A stretch of 64,000 nt of DNA from an uncultured Verrucomicrobiae bacterium (lineage in GTDB: Bacteria > Verrucomicrobiota > Verrucomicrobiia > Chthoniobacterales > UBA10450): positions 1,216,001 to 1,280,000 of the forward strand of contig CAVWPA010000003.1 of the NCBI GenBank assembly GCA_963756875.1. The letters are read 5' to 3'. Below, piece by piece: positions 1 to 10,499 of the stretch. The notes beneath the pieces are model-generated. The model saw nothing but the letters and a program-made list of their open reading frames with translations, did no database searches and was not told the origin of the DNA. Within the stretch, counting starts at the first letter, position 1, and every line of letters starts with the position of its first letter. The translations under genes were made by a program, and so were the position numbers.

Positions 1-637
1 AGAAATCGAGCTTGTTCGGAAAGGGCTCTGGGAAGTTGTCAATGAAGATGGCGGCACGGGTGGCCGCGTCCGCATGAAAGACGTGCAGGTCGCTGGCAAA
101 ACCGGCACGGCGCAGGCTTCGGATCACGGGCATGATGCAAATATCGGGTGGTTTGCGTGTTTTGCGCCGTTCGATCATCCGAAATATGTGGTCGTGGTGA
201 TGGTGGAGGCCGGACAGGGCGGGGGACACGGCGGCAGTGTCGCAGGCCCGATCGCGGCCCGTATCCTCCAGAGGACGCTGGCGATGGACGACGGAAAGTT
301 CGACATGCCGGTGGCGTGGCTGGCGCCGGCGCACAAGGCCAATCCATTCCAAACGATTAAAGAAGTCGACTACGGTACCGGTGGCAATCTCAATACGGAC
401 GAAGAGAATGCCGATAATTCGCAAAACGCGGACGCTCAAATGGCGAGCGCGGGCGGTGCGCCGGATGTCGAGCCCGAGGCGGATGCCCAGGGCCGAGTTT
501 CAAAACGGGCTCACGTCGCACGGGCCGTTCCGGTCGCGACGCCGCGTCCTCGTAACTTTTTCGAACGGCTTTTTGGAGTACGGCACGAACCGACTCCGCA
601 ACCCACCCGGCCACCACGCCGGGGCAGACCGAGATGA
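1..637 (+). CDS. mrdA: Penicillin-binding protein (PBP2/MrdA-like) transpeptidase C-terminus, 5'-truncated by window
   Basis: AGKTGTAQ (KTG) motif followed by WFACFAPFDHPKYVVVVMVE and GGSVAGPIA; adjacent to an Rne/Rng gene. Confidence 0.8.
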   Translation, partial: EIELVRKGLWEVVNEDGGTGGRVRMKDVQVAGKTGTAQASDHGHDANIGWFACFAPFDHPKYVVVVMVEAGQGGGHGGSVAGPIAARILQRTLAMDDGKFDMPVAWLAPAHKANPFQTIKEVDYGTGGNLNTDEENADNSQNADAQMASAGGAPDVEPEADAQGRVSKRAHVARAVPVATPRPRNFFERLFGVRHEPTPQPTRPPRRGRPR

Positions 638-712
638 ATTATCAACCGTGTTTAGTAACGAGTGGGACGAGCAGCATGGCTGACTTCCGGCTCATTCCAA
701 TTCTTCAAGTTT

Positions 713-2284
713 ATGTTAGACAAAGTAAAAAAATTTCTTCGCCTTCCTCCACGCAAGACCGACAACAAGCTCGTTTTGAGCGTCGAAAAACTCGAGCGCC
801 GGGTTGCCTTACTCGAGAACGGCCAGCTCGAAGAATATAGCGTCGAGCGGAGCGGCTCGCGCAACATCGTCGGCAGCGTTTACAAGGGCCGGGTCAAGAA
901 CATCGAGATGGGCCTGAAGGCGATGTTTGTCGACATCGGCCTGGAAAAGAACGCCTTTCTGCATTTTTGGGACGCACTTCCGGCAGCGCTGGACAGCGGT
1001 ATCGAAGAAATCGACCGGCCATCGAAGAAGCAGCGCAAACGAATAACGGCCAAGGATATTCCTAACATCTACCCGGTCGGCTCGGAAGTCATTGTCCAGG
1101 TCACGAAGGGCCCGATCGGAACGAAAGGTCCGCGGGTCACGACGAATCTGAGCTTTGCGGGTCGTTATCTCGTCTTAATGCCGTTCAGCGACCGCAGCGG
1201 CATTTCCCGGAAAATCGAGAACCCGAGAGAGCGCGACCGGTTGCGAAAAATCCTGCGCGAGCTCGATATTCCCGACGGTATCGGCGTAATTATTCGTACG
1301 GTTGGGGAAGGACAGCGCGCGCGCTATTTTGTGCGCGATCTCCGTTTTCTCATCGACCAATGGGCCAAGGTGGAACAACTGATCCGCGATCAACCAGCGC
1401 CGAGCTGCGTTTTTGAGGAACCGGATTTGGTCGAGCGCACCGTGCGAGATTTCTTGACGGAAGAAATCGACGAGGTGCTATGCGACGATCGCGCATCGCT
1501 GGAGCGCATGCGCGAACTGGTGGGCCATATTTCGCGGCGCGCAGGCAAGCGCATGAAGTTCTACGAAAGTGCCACGCCTATTTTTGAAGCACTCGGTATC
1601 CAGAAGCAGATCGACGATGCATTTCATCGGCAGGTCTGGCTCAGATGCGGAGGGTACATTGTGATCGATGAGACGGAGGCGCTGGTGGCGATCGACGTGA
1701 ATACGGGAAGGAACAAGGGCGGACGGGACGTCGAGAAAACGATTTTGCAAACAAATCTGGAGGCAGCCGACGAGATCGCGCGGCAGCTGCGCCTGCGCAA
1801 TATCGGCGGGCTGATTATCGGCGACTTTATCGACATGAAGAGCCGGAAAGATCAGCAAATGGTTTACAGCTTGATGAAGGAACGGCTCAAGCGCGACAAG
1901 GCCAAGACACACGTTCTGCCGATCTCTCAGCTCGGCTTGATGGAAATGACGCGCCAGCGCGCGCAAGAGAGCCTGAGCGACACGATTTACGAAAACTGCC
2001 CCTACTGCGGCGGTCGTGGCATTGTGAAAACTTCCATGACTACGAGTGTCGAACTGCATCGCACGCTCAATACGGTCATGCGCAAGTATGAGGACAGCGT
2101 GCACGATTTCCGCGTTATCTTGAATCCGGACGTGCTCAAACGGCTAAAGGAAGAAGACGAGGAATTGCTCATCGAACTGGAGCGGCGCTACGCGAGCAGG
2201 CTCATGTTTCGCGGCGACCCGGGCTATCATCACGAGAAATTTGTCATTACCGATGCAAATACAGGGGCCGAGTTGAAGCCGTAA
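713..2284 (+). CDS. Rne/Rng family ribonuclease
   Basis: S1 domain (GSVYKGRVKNI..AMFVDIGLEKNAFL), IDVNTG and DFIDM catalytic motifs, CPYCGGRG Zn-link. Confidence 0.95.
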   Translation: MLDKVKKFLRLPPRKTDNKLVLSVEKLERRVALLENGQLEEYSVERSGSRNIVGSVYKGRVKNIEMGLKAMFVDIGLEKNAFLHFWDALPAALDSGIEEIDRPSKKQRKRITAKDIPNIYPVGSEVIVQVTKGPIGTKGPRVTTNLSFAGRYLVLMPFSDRSGISRKIENPRERDRLRKILRELDIPDGIGVIIRTVGEGQRARYFVRDLRFLIDQWAKVEQLIRDQPAPSCVFEEPDLVERTVRDFLTEEIDEVLCDDRASLERMRELVGHISRRAGKRMKFYESATPIFEALGIQKQIDDAFHRQVWLRCGGYIVIDETEALVAIDVNTGRNKGGRDVEKTILQTNLEAADEIARQLRLRNIGGLIIGDFIDMKSRKDQQMVYSLMKERLKRDKAKTHVLPISQLGLMEMTRQRAQESLSDTIYENCPYCGGRGIVKTSMTTSVELHRTLNTVMRKYEDSVHDFRVILNPDVLKRLKEEDEELLIELERRYASRLMFRGDPGYHHEKFVITDANTGAELKP

Positions 2285-2502
2285 TTCAAAATATGAGCGG
2301 GATTTGTTAGTCAGAGATGTTAGTCCATCGAGCCGCTAAGGAAGACTGTGCGACGAAATCCGACATAAATTTCTCTTGCATCCTATCGATATCTGGCGAA
2401 TCCACTTCGGTGCGGGAATTCGTATCTTTCTAAGGGCGTTATTAGGCTTCCCTGAGGAGTGCGAAAACATGTTAAATTAACGATAAGGAAAAGAGAAATA
2501 GT

Positions 2503-3231
2503 ATGAAGAAATTGGTATTGAGCTTGTTCGCAATGGGTGCGTTGGCCGCGGTGGCTTTCGCAGGGACGGAGAGTTATTCGGGCAAGGAAATGAAACAGGT
2601 GGCTCCGATGCCGCCACCGTGTCCGCAATGGTTTGCCGATAACGAATGGGACATCAGCCTCTGGGGCACGTACGCGTTTACTGGAACCGAGAGCAATCGG
2701 ACCGATGCGGAATACACGGAAGACCGTCGCATCTATGGCACCTACGACCGGTTCCTGGGCGACGATCATGCCTGGGGCGGCGGTGTTGATGCGAAATACT
2801 TTTTCCGTCGCTACTTTGGCGTCGGCATCGAGGGCTTCGCTTTGGACGGCAAGGGAAGCCACATCACCGCGGAAGAGAACCCTATTGACGAGCATGCGTC
2901 CCCACGTGATCACACAGTCGGCGCCGTTCTGGGCACACTGACTCTGCGATATCCGATTCCTTGCACGCGCTTTGCGCCGTATATCTGGGCGGGTGGTGGC
3001 GGTATTTTCGGTGGCAGGAATGACCGGCCGACGGTGGAACTTGTCAATAATGAGCCCTTCTTCACCGTGAAGGACCAAAGCGAGACCCGTGGTATTGGGC
3101 AATTTGGAGGCGGCATGGAAGTCCGCATTACTCCGCACATCGGCTGGATCAGCGACTTCAGCTGGAACGTCGTGGATGGGCCGCATAACAATTTCGGAAT
3201 GGCCCGGACCGGGATTAATTTCGCATTCTAA
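2503..3231 (+). CDS. Small outer-membrane beta-barrel protein
   Basis: Signal peptide, SGKEMKQVAP N-terminal motif, alternating amphipathic strands, C-terminal aromatic (GINFAF). Confidence 0.8.
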   Translation: MKKLVLSLFAMGALAAVAFAGTESYSGKEMKQVAPMPPPCPQWFADNEWDISLWGTYAFTGTESNRTDAEYTEDRRIYGTYDRFLGDDHAWGGGVDAKYFFRRYFGVGIEGFALDGKGSHITAEENPIDEHASPRDHTVGAVLGTLTLRYPIPCTRFAPYIWAGGGGIFGGRNDRPTVELVNNEPFFTVKDQSETRGIGQFGGGMEVRITPHIGWISDFSWNVVDGPHNNFGMARTGINFAF

Positions 3232-3253
3232 GATCGGTTTCTGTATTTAAACG

Positions 3254-3296
3254 AAACGCCGGAACGCCTGGTGCGCGTTTCCGGCGTTTTTCTTTT
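3254..3296 (+). terminator. Rho-independent terminator
   Basis: AAACGCCGGAA...TTCCGGCGTTT stem followed by TTTTCTTTT just after the OMP stop. Confidence 0.75.
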
Positions 3297-3410
3297 ATCC
3301 CGGTCTGGCTCCTCTTCCGCGATGGAAGGAATTGCGTTGCGTAATGGCCGATCATTCTAAAAAGCCGATTCACAATTTGCGAAGCCGTCGGTCGCGATGA
3401 CATTAACCTG

Positions 3411-4535
3411 ATGTCTTTTGCAAACGCGCTCGATAATTTGCTGCTTGAAGAATCTCCTCTGGTGCGCGGATTTGGACAGCTGATTGCGCCGAGCTCGGAT
3501 GAGGAACTCGAAGCGATGGCGCAAAAATCCCGCGCGCTAACCCTGCGAAACTTTGGCCGGACGATGCGGTTGTTTGCTCCGCTTTATCTTTCCAACGAGT
3601 GCGTCAATAATTGCCGTTACTGCGGTTTTTCGCGCGATAATCCCATTTTGCGCGTGACGCTTGGTGTCGATGAGGTGGCCGCTGAAGCGCGGTATCTCTC
3701 CCAGGCGGGGTTTCGGCAGGTCCTCCTTGTTGCCGGCGAACACCCAAAATTTGTGAGTCGCGATTATCTGGCTGACTGCGTTCGCGCTCTGGCGCCTGAC
3801 TTCGCATCGATCGCAATCGAGGTAGGTCCAATGGAAACAAAGGATTATATTCCAATTGTCGATGCCGGCGCGGAGGGACTGGTTGTTTATCAGGAGACCT
3901 ATAACCGGGCCGTTTATTCTGAGCTCCACACCGCCGGCCCCAAGCGCGATTTCGATTTTCGTCTCGATTGCGCGGAGCGTGGGTACCGGGCTGGATTCCG
4001 CCGCATTGGAATCGGCGCGCTCTTTGGGCTGTGGCGCTGGCAGGATGAAGCGATCGCTCTGGCTGCGCATTTGGAATATCTGTTCAAGCGCTGCTGGCAG
4101 GCCCAAATCAGCGTGAGCCTGCCGAGATTGCGCCCGGCTGCCGGCGGATTCAGACCGCCGTTTTCAATGAGCGACCGGGAACTGGCGCAACTGGTTTGCG
4201 CGTTGCGTATCACGTTCCCCCAAGTGGGAATTGTCCTGAGTACGCGCGAAGGTCCGGCTTTGCGCGATTCGCTCATTCCATTAGGCGTGACCATGATGAG
4301 CGCCGGAAGCCATACGGAACCGGGCGGCTACACGCGCCAGGGGGGCGAACATTTGCATCGGACAACGCGTGGCCGAATCGTCCCGCCCGATTTTGAGGAC
4401 GGAGAAGACCAACTCGCTACGGGACAGTTCGAAATCAGTGATGAACGCTCCCCGTCCGAAATCGCAAATCTGTTGCGTCGCCACGGACTTGAGCCGGTTT
4501 GGAAGGACTGGGACCAGGCTCTTTGCGGCGTATGA
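3411..4535 (+). CDS. thiH: 2-iminoacetate synthase (radical SAM)
   Basis: FAPLYLSNECVNNCRYCGFS (CxxxCxxC), YQETY, SLPRLRP, QFEISDERS, EPVWKDWD; coupled to thiS. Confidence 0.95.
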   Translation: MSFANALDNLLLEESPLVRGFGQLIAPSSDEELEAMAQKSRALTLRNFGRTMRLFAPLYLSNECVNNCRYCGFSRDNPILRVTLGVDEVAAEARYLSQAGFRQVLLVAGEHPKFVSRDYLADCVRALAPDFASIAIEVGPMETKDYIPIVDAGAEGLVVYQETYNRAVYSELHTAGPKRDFDFRLDCAERGYRAGFRRIGIGALFGLWRWQDEAIALAAHLEYLFKRCWQAQISVSLPRLRPAAGGFRPPFSMSDRELAQLVCALRITFPQVGIVLSTREGPALRDSLIPLGVTMMSAGSHTEPGGYTRQGGEHLHRTTRGRIVPPDFEDGEDQLATGQFEISDERSPSEIANLLRRHGLEPVWKDWDQALCGV

Positions 4536-4732
4536 CGCTTTCTCTCAATGGCGAAAAGACCGACGCGCGTGGCGCGAAAACGGTCGCCGAATTGATGGAA
4601 CGATACGAACTGCCGCCACAGACAATTCTGGTAGAACATAATGGCCTTGCATTGCATCGGCATGAATGGCCGCAGCGAACATTGAGTGAAGGCGACCGAA
4701 TCGAATTAGTCCGGGTCGTGGCCGGCGGCTAG
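4532..4732 (+). CDS. thiS: Sulfur carrier protein
   Basis: 66 aa ubiquitin-like protein, LNGE...VEHNG...GDRIELVRVVAGG with C-terminal GG; ATGA overlap with thiH. Confidence 0.95.
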   Translation: MTLSLNGEKTDARGAKTVAELMERYELPPQTILVEHNGLALHRHEWPQRTLSEGDRIELVRVVAGG

Positions 4733-4749
4733 AAAGCCCGCCGCTCCTT

Positions 4750-6258
4750 TTAAACGCTCGCTTTTACGACGACGCGCATCCCGTCGGTTTGCACGACTGT
4801 GATTGGCGTACCGGGCGCTACGAATTCTCCCTCCGTTACCACATCAACGATATGGCCGGTAAAGCGGGCCTTGCCGCTCGGTCGCAACATGGACAGCGAA
4901 ACGCCCTGCATTCCCGGTGATAAATGGAGAGGCGTTACGAATTCGCGAGGCGCTCCGGCCAGCGAGGGTCCGGGTGGATTGGAAGTCGTGAGAGCAAAAC
5001 GCCGGTAAAAACTCGTGCGCGGCAAGTAGCGGGCCAACACGACGATTAGGATTGCGGCGCAGACGATCGCCAGAAGAAGATTCAACAGCGGGATCGCGAG
5101 CATCCGGCCCGTCGGAAAGAATGTTTCACCCGGATACCGATCGATCATAGCCCAGAGGAGAGAGGCCAGCATAAGGAAGACGCCGACTACGCCGAAGACG
5201 ATCGTGGAATGAGCGAAAAACAGAATTTCGATCAAGACCAAAACCAGACCCAGGACAAAGAGGCCGACCACTTCCCAACCGGCAAGGCCAGCCAGGTAAT
5301 GGCCGAGGAAAAAAAACGCGAAGCAAATCGCAGAAATCACCCCTGGCAATGTGGCCCCCGGAATTTTGAACTCAAGATACGCGCCGATGATGCCGCCAAG
5401 CAAAAGCAAGGGTGCCAGCTCGGTGATCCAAAACGCCAGCTTCTCAAAGCCTGTCGGATCAAGCGTAACGGCTCTTCCTTTCAGCCCGGCTTTCTGCATG
5501 AGATCCGGTATCGAATCAGCGATGCCGTCGGCCAGCAGCGGTTTGCCATTAATTTTCTCGGTTGCCTCCTGTGCGTTGAGGGTGAGCACGGTTCCTTTCG
5601 GGTGAATCACTCGCTTCCCGATCTTGACCGCCTTGTCCTTGTTCATGAACGCCTCGCCGATATCGGGATTGTGTCCGTTTCGGATAGCTGTGCCGCGAAC
5701 AAGGGCGGACCAGTATGAGATTGTCTTCTCGCGTTCGGTTGCTGGAAGATCCTGGCCGCCCGCGAGGACGGGCGCCGCGGCGCCGATCGCGCTGACCGGC
5801 GCCATGTAAATATGCTGGGTGGCCAGCGCGATCAGCGAGCCGGCCGATCCCGCATTGGAATTGATGTACGTGTAAGTGGGAATCGTCGCGTGGTTCAGAA
5901 CGTTCGTGATATCCTCTGCGGCGTCGAGCCGTCCGCCATACGTATTCATTTCAAAGATAATCGCCGACGCTCCGTTGCTCTCCGCCTCCTTCTCGGCCCG
6001 GCGCAAAAACATAAAAAGCGAAGGCGAGATCTCGCCGCGCAACGGGACCACCACCACCTCGCCCTTATGAATGATCTCGCGTGCCTGCGCAGTTGTCGGC
6101 GTTGCGAGCAACATCGCAGCTGCGCCAAGCGCGAGGGCAAACTGGAGGGACGACCTCTCTCCGAGCCGGAGGCTCATCCGAGCCAGAGGCCGTGTCGTCC
6201 CATTATTTTTGGGACGCACCGGAGTGCCTCTCTCCAACATCGACATTAATTTTTTCAT
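4750..6258 (-). CDS. NfeD family membrane-bound serine protease (ClpP-like)
   Basis: NTYGG, AGSAGSLIALA, IGAAAPV, membrane block, C-terminal LRPSGKARF..VDVVTEGEFV OB-fold; signal region carries a palindromic repeat. Confidence 0.9.
   Translation of the reverse strand: MKKLMSMLERGTPVRPKNNGTTRPLARMSLRLGERSSLQFALALGAAAMLLATPTTAQAREIIHKGEVVVVPLRGEISPSLFMFLRRAEKEAESNGASAIIFEMNTYGGRLDAAEDITNVLNHATIPTYTYINSNAGSAGSLIALATQHIYMAPVSAIGAAAPVLAGGQDLPATEREKTISYWSALVRGTAIRNGHNPDIGEAFMNKDKAVKIGKRVIHPKGTVLTLNAQEATEKINGKPLLADGIADSIPDLMQKAGLKGRAVTLDPTGFEKLAFWITELAPLLLLGGIIGAYLEFKIPGATLPGVISAICFAFFFLGHYLAGLAGWEVVGLFVLGLVLVLIEILFFAHSTIVFGVVGVFLMLASLLWAMIDRYPGETFFPTGRMLAIPLLNLLLAIVCAAILIVVLARYLPRTSFYRRFALTTSNPPGPSLAGAPREFVTPLHLSPGMQGVSLSMLRPSGKARFTGHIVDVVTEGEFVAPGTPITVVQTDGMRVVVKASV
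6143..6236. repeat. REP-like palindrome family B (TGGAGGGAC...TCCA), in-frame in nfeD N-terminus
   Basis: Shares TGGAGGGACGACCTC / CGTGTCGTCCCA / GGGACGC with the intergenic copy at 34614-34674. Confidence 0.8.
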
Positions 6259-6327
6259 TGTTTGGAAACCGCCGCGGCGCCGGGTAAGTTTGACATCGCT
6301 TCCCAAATCAAACGAGCGGAAAATCCA

Positions 6328-8151
6328 TTGGGCAAGATCCCTTCAGATAACATAGAGCAAATCGCCGCGGCGAACGATATCGTTGAGGTGATCGGTTCGT
6401 ATTTTCCGCTCAAGCGCGCCGGGGCGAATTTCAAGGCGCTTTGCCCGTTTCACCAGGAAAAGACGCCCTCATTTCATGTCAGCCCCCAGCGGCAAACATT
6501 CCATTGCTTTGGCTGCGGGGTGGGAGGGAGCGTTTTCCGCTTCGTCATGGAATACGAGCATGTCGATTTCCCTGCCGCGGTACGCAAACTGGCTGCCCGC
6601 GTGGGCATTCCAGTCATCGAGGAGCGAGGGGCCGGCGATGAAGACCGGCAGAATGAGGCGCGGCGCATCCTGCTGCGGTTGCACGCAGAAGCGGCGGAAT
6701 GGTTTCACGAGAACCTGTTGAAGAAGGATTTTGCAAAGCCCGCGCGCGAATATTTGAAAAAGCGCGGCATCGAAAACAAGATCGCGAAAAGCTGGCGGCT
6801 TGGCTATGCGCCGGATAGTTGGGACGCATTTTTGAAATGGGGGCTTGGTCGCGGCTATTCACGCGGGGAGCTTCTGCAAAGCGGACTGGTCAAACTGCGG
6901 GATGAAGAGCGTCCGCAGAGCGACGTATACGACCGTTTCCGCGGGCGCGTCATGTTTCCGATCTGCAACGACGTGGGCGAAGTGATCGCGTTTAGCGGGC
7001 GGCTCCTGCAGAGCGACGCCGAAGCTGCGAAGTACGTGAACTCGCCGGAAACGCCGCTTTTTCGCAAAGGCAAGGTGCTTTTTGGCCTGCACAAAACGAA
7101 ACGCGCTCTGATCGACGCCAACTGCGCCATCGTTTGCGAAGGGCAGCTCGACTTAATCACCCTTTTCGAGGCCGGAATTACCAATGTCGTCGCTCCGCAG
7201 GGGACTGCCTTCACCGAAGATCAGGCGCGCCTGCTCAAGCGCTTCGTCGACGAAGCGGTGCTCTGTTTCGATGCGGACGAAGCCGGGCAGAAGGCGGCTG
7301 AACGCTCGCTTGGCGCCCTTCTCGAGAATGATTTGATTGTGCGCGTCATTGAGATGCCGCGGGGCGAAGATCCCGATTCGCTGGTTCGTCGCGATGGGAA
7401 AGAGGAATTTGAAAAGCGGGTCGTCGCGGCGCGCGATTTCTTCGATTATTGGATTGAGCGCGAAGTGGCGAATGTCGATTTGAATTCGTTGGGCGCGAAG
7501 ATGCAGGTGGCGGGCAGATTGGCGGAAACCGCATCGCGAGTTCACGACCAGCTCATGCGAGGCGAAATCGTAAACAAGGCGAGCGCGCGTCTGGGCGTTC
7601 CAGCAAGAGATTTCGAGGCACTGGTCGCCAAACAAATGCGCGAGGCGCGGCCAGGAACTTCAGCCGGAGCCGCGGGGCGCAGGGGACCGGAACCCGGTTT
7701 GTTGCCGCGGCATGATACCGCGATGCTTTGCCTGCTGGCGTTGAGGGATGAGGCGGCGCGCTCCTTTCTGCTCGAACAAACTTGGCGCGAAGTCCTCGAG
7801 CAAACTCCGGGATCGGACCTGCTTATCCGCATCCTGGAGAGCGACTTGCGCACGGAGAATCCGAGCTCGCTTAATGCTTTCATGGCCACCCTCTCACCGG
7901 AAGACGAAGGCCTGGTTTCTTCGTGGCTCCTGCAAAAGATGCCGCCGAATGCCGTGGATGTGGCGATGAGTTGGTGGACCGGTCTGCGGCAGGCGGCACT
8001 TCGACGCCAATTGGCCGTGGCGGAGGCACGAATGAAGCTTCCTCAGCTGAGCACGGGGGAAATAGTGAATTTACAGAAACAAATCCTTGACCTGCGAGGC
8101 CAACTCCACGAACTTTCGCAGTTTTCGTCTGCCCGCAAGATTGGCAGTTGA
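6328..8151 (+). CDS. dnaG: DNA primase
   Basis: CPFHQEKTPSF...CFGCG Zn finger, KYVNSPETPLF, CEGQLD, FDADEAG Toprim; TTG start inferred. Confidence 0.97.
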   Translation: MGKIPSDNIEQIAAANDIVEVIGSYFPLKRAGANFKALCPFHQEKTPSFHVSPQRQTFHCFGCGVGGSVFRFVMEYEHVDFPAAVRKLAARVGIPVIEERGAGDEDRQNEARRILLRLHAEAAEWFHENLLKKDFAKPAREYLKKRGIENKIAKSWRLGYAPDSWDAFLKWGLGRGYSRGELLQSGLVKLRDEERPQSDVYDRFRGRVMFPICNDVGEVIAFSGRLLQSDAEAAKYVNSPETPLFRKGKVLFGLHKTKRALIDANCAIVCEGQLDLITLFEAGITNVVAPQGTAFTEDQARLLKRFVDEAVLCFDADEAGQKAAERSLGALLENDLIVRVIEMPRGEDPDSLVRRDGKEEFEKRVVAARDFFDYWIEREVANVDLNSLGAKMQVAGRLAETASRVHDQLMRGEIVNKASARLGVPARDFEALVAKQMREARPGTSAGAAGRRGPEPGLLPRHDTAMLCLLALRDEAARSFLLEQTWREVLEQTPGSDLLIRILESDLRTENPSSLNAFMATLSPEDEGLVSSWLLQKMPPNAVDVAMSWWTGLRQAALRRQLAVAEARMKLPQLSTGEIVNLQKQILDLRGQLHELSQFSSARKIGS

Positions 8152-8231
8152 TCCCGAGGCAGTTCAGGGGTTGATTTGCCATCCGGCGGGCGAAATCGAA
8201 CGTCCCAGTCCAATCCCTTAACCGTATCATC

Positions 8232-10073
8232 TTGGCCAGGCATTCGAAACGAAAGGCACGCATTCGCCGGTCACCGGCGAAGCGGCCGAAGCTCAAGCGC
8301 GCCCAGCGAAATGGGGCGATAAAATCTCGCGGCTCACGGCTTAAAGTGAGGCGGCCTCTGAGAATCGCGGCGTTTAAACCCAAACGCATCACTGCTCTGG
8401 TGCGTGCGCGGCGAAAATCGGGCCGCGATCTGTCGAAGCGAAAATCGGATTCCCTCCCGCAAATGCCGACTGAAGCCGACGTCCAGGTGCGCATTCGAGA
8501 ACTGATCAAGCTGGCAAAGGAGCAGGGCCATCTTACTTTTGATGATCTGAACGAAGCGTTGCCGGAGGGTGTGGCCGGAGCCGATGAGCTCGACGCCATT
8601 CTGATACGGCTGCGCCGGATGGAGATCGACATCATCGAAGCATCGGAGGTCGATCGCCACAAAGACGGAAAAAAGGACGTCGAGGAAGAAGAAGAAGAGA
8701 AAACCGAAACGAAGCTCGATATTCTGGATGACCCCGTCCGGATGTATCTGAAGCAGATGGGCCAGGTGCCATTGCTCACGCGCGAACAGGAAGTCGAGAT
8801 TTCCAAGCGGATCGAGGAAGCGGAGAACATGGTGCAGCGGCATATCAATCGATTTGGCTTCACCGCTCGCGCCCATCTCGATCTCGCCGAGAAGCTTGCG
8901 CAGGGACGGGAGCGATTTGACCGGGTGATTCTCGACAAAAAGATCGAGAGCCGTGAGCGCTACATGAAGATGTTGCCGAAGTTGTGCAAGCGGGTCGGAA
9001 AGCTAAGCGCTTCCATCACGCAGCAGTACGCCAAGCTGAATCCGGCAAAGAAGGGGAACAAGAAACTCAAGGTATTTCAACGGTCTCTCAACGGTTTACA
9101 GCGCCTCTATCCAAAATTTTATTTCAAACAGAAAGTTACTGAGGAATTCGTTCATCTGGCCGATGAATATTACCGCACACTGGTGCAGTTGCAGAATGAG
9201 ATGGCCAAGCATCGCCGGGGATCCGGCATGCGGTCGCCTCTCACTGCAAGAGCGCACGACCTGGAAAAAACAGTGTGGCTCACGGTGGATGAATACGCCG
9301 AGCAATACCAGGCCTTGAAAGGCTGGTTGCGCAAAGCGCTTAAAGCCAAGACCGAAATGGTCGAAGCCAATCTGCGTCTGGTCATCTCGATCGCGAAGAA
9401 ATATACCAACCGCGGCCTCTCATTTCTCGATCTCATCCAGGAGGGCAACATGGGCCTGATGAAAGCCGTCGAGAAGTTTGAGTATCGCCGCGGTTACAAG
9501 TTCTCCACCTATGCCACCTGGTGGATCCGCCAGGCGATTACCCGTTCCATCGCCGATCAGGCCCGGACGATTCGTATTCCCGTGCATATGATTGAGACGA
9601 TCAACAAGCTGATGCGCGTGCAGAAACAGCTTGTCCAGGAGTACGGGCGCGAACCTACGCCGGAGGAGGTGGCGGAAGAAATTCTCCTGCCGGTGGATCG
9701 CGTTCGAGCGGTCCTAAAAATGGCGCAACAACCGATCTCGCTCCAGTCGCCAATCGGCGAAAGTGAGGAGACAAACTTCGGCGATTTTATTGAAGATAAA
9801 GGCGCGGAGAATCCCAGCGACATGACGGCCATCGTTTTGTTGAAGGAGAAAATCAAGGATGTGCTTGAGACTTTGACCGAACGCGAGCGCCAGGTGCTGG
9901 AACAACGATTTGGACTCGTCGATGGCTATAGCCGGACGCTTGAAGAAGTCGGGCGCCAGTTTCGGGTTACCCGAGAGCGAATTCGACAAATCGAGGCCAA
10001 GGCGTTGCGCAAAATGCGCCATCCAACGCGCATCCGGCAGTTGGAGGGATTTCTGGAAGCGGCCGAAGCCTAG
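8232..10073 (+). CDS. rpoD: RNA polymerase primary sigma factor
   Basis: [62 protein letters not shown]; start uncertain (8232 TTG or 8463 ATG). Confidence 0.97.
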   Translation: MARHSKRKARIRRSPAKRPKLKRAQRNGAIKSRGSRLKVRRPLRIAAFKPKRITALVRARRKSGRDLSKRKSDSLPQMPTEADVQVRIRELIKLAKEQGHLTFDDLNEALPEGVAGADELDAILIRLRRMEIDIIEASEVDRHKDGKKDVEEEEEEKTETKLDILDDPVRMYLKQMGQVPLLTREQEVEISKRIEEAENMVQRHINRFGFTARAHLDLAEKLAQGRERFDRVILDKKIESRERYMKMLPKLCKRVGKLSASITQQYAKLNPAKKGNKKLKVFQRSLNGLQRLYPKFYFKQKVTEEFVHLADEYYRTLVQLQNEMAKHRRGSGMRSPLTARAHDLEKTVWLTVDEYAEQYQALKGWLRKALKAKTEMVEANLRLVISIAKKYTNRGLSFLDLIQEGNMGLMKAVEKFEYRRGYKFSTYATWWIRQAITRSIADQARTIRIPVHMIETINKLMRVQKQLVQEYGREPTPEEVAEEILLPVDRVRAVLKMAQQPISLQSPIGESEETNFGDFIEDKGAENPSDMTAIVLLKEKIKDVLETLTERERQVLEQRFGLVDGYSRTLEEVGRQFRVTRERIRQIEAKALRKMRHPTRIRQLEGFLEAAEA

Positions 10074-10139
10074 CAAGGCCGGTTTTGACAGCCTCCCGGG
10101 CGCAACTTTTTGCCGTGCAGCCGGTTAAATTTTGCGACG

Positions 10140-10499
10140 ATGAGACGCGATGACGACCATGATTTGTGGGATCTTTTGGGCAAGGCTGCCCAGCCACAGC
10201 TTTCGGACTTTTTTGCCCGTGACGTAGTTCGGCGAATTCGGCAACAACCGACCGGACTTGAGTGGGCAAGGAACTGGTTCAGTTTGCGCCGGCTTATTCC
10301 CGCATCGGGCCTGGCGGTGGCCATGGCCATCGCGCTTATCCTCGCGGGGCAACATCCAAGGTCGCGGCCGGTAGCCGCCGATAGCGAGCCTGAGGTGGTG
10401 GCAAAGGTCGACCCTCAGGACTATGAGGTCGTTGCGGATCTGGATGAACTGCTCGCTGTGGACGAGAGTAGCTTGTGGGACGACAATCAAACATTGTAA
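10140..10499 (+). CDS. Small single-pass membrane protein, anti-sigma-like architecture
   Basis: LWDLLG..PQLSDFFARDVVRRIR cytoplasmic part, one hydrophobic helix, acidic tail. Confidence 0.6.
   Translation: MRRDDDHDLWDLLGKAAQPQLSDFFARDVVRRIRQQPTGLEWARNWFSLRRLIPASGLAVAMAIALILAGQHPRSRPVAADSEPEVVAKVDPQDYEVVADLDELLAVDESSLWDDNQTL

Noticed and set aside
3232..3410. TPP riboswitch upstream of thiH
   Set aside because: No CTGAGA or other TPP core motif is visible.
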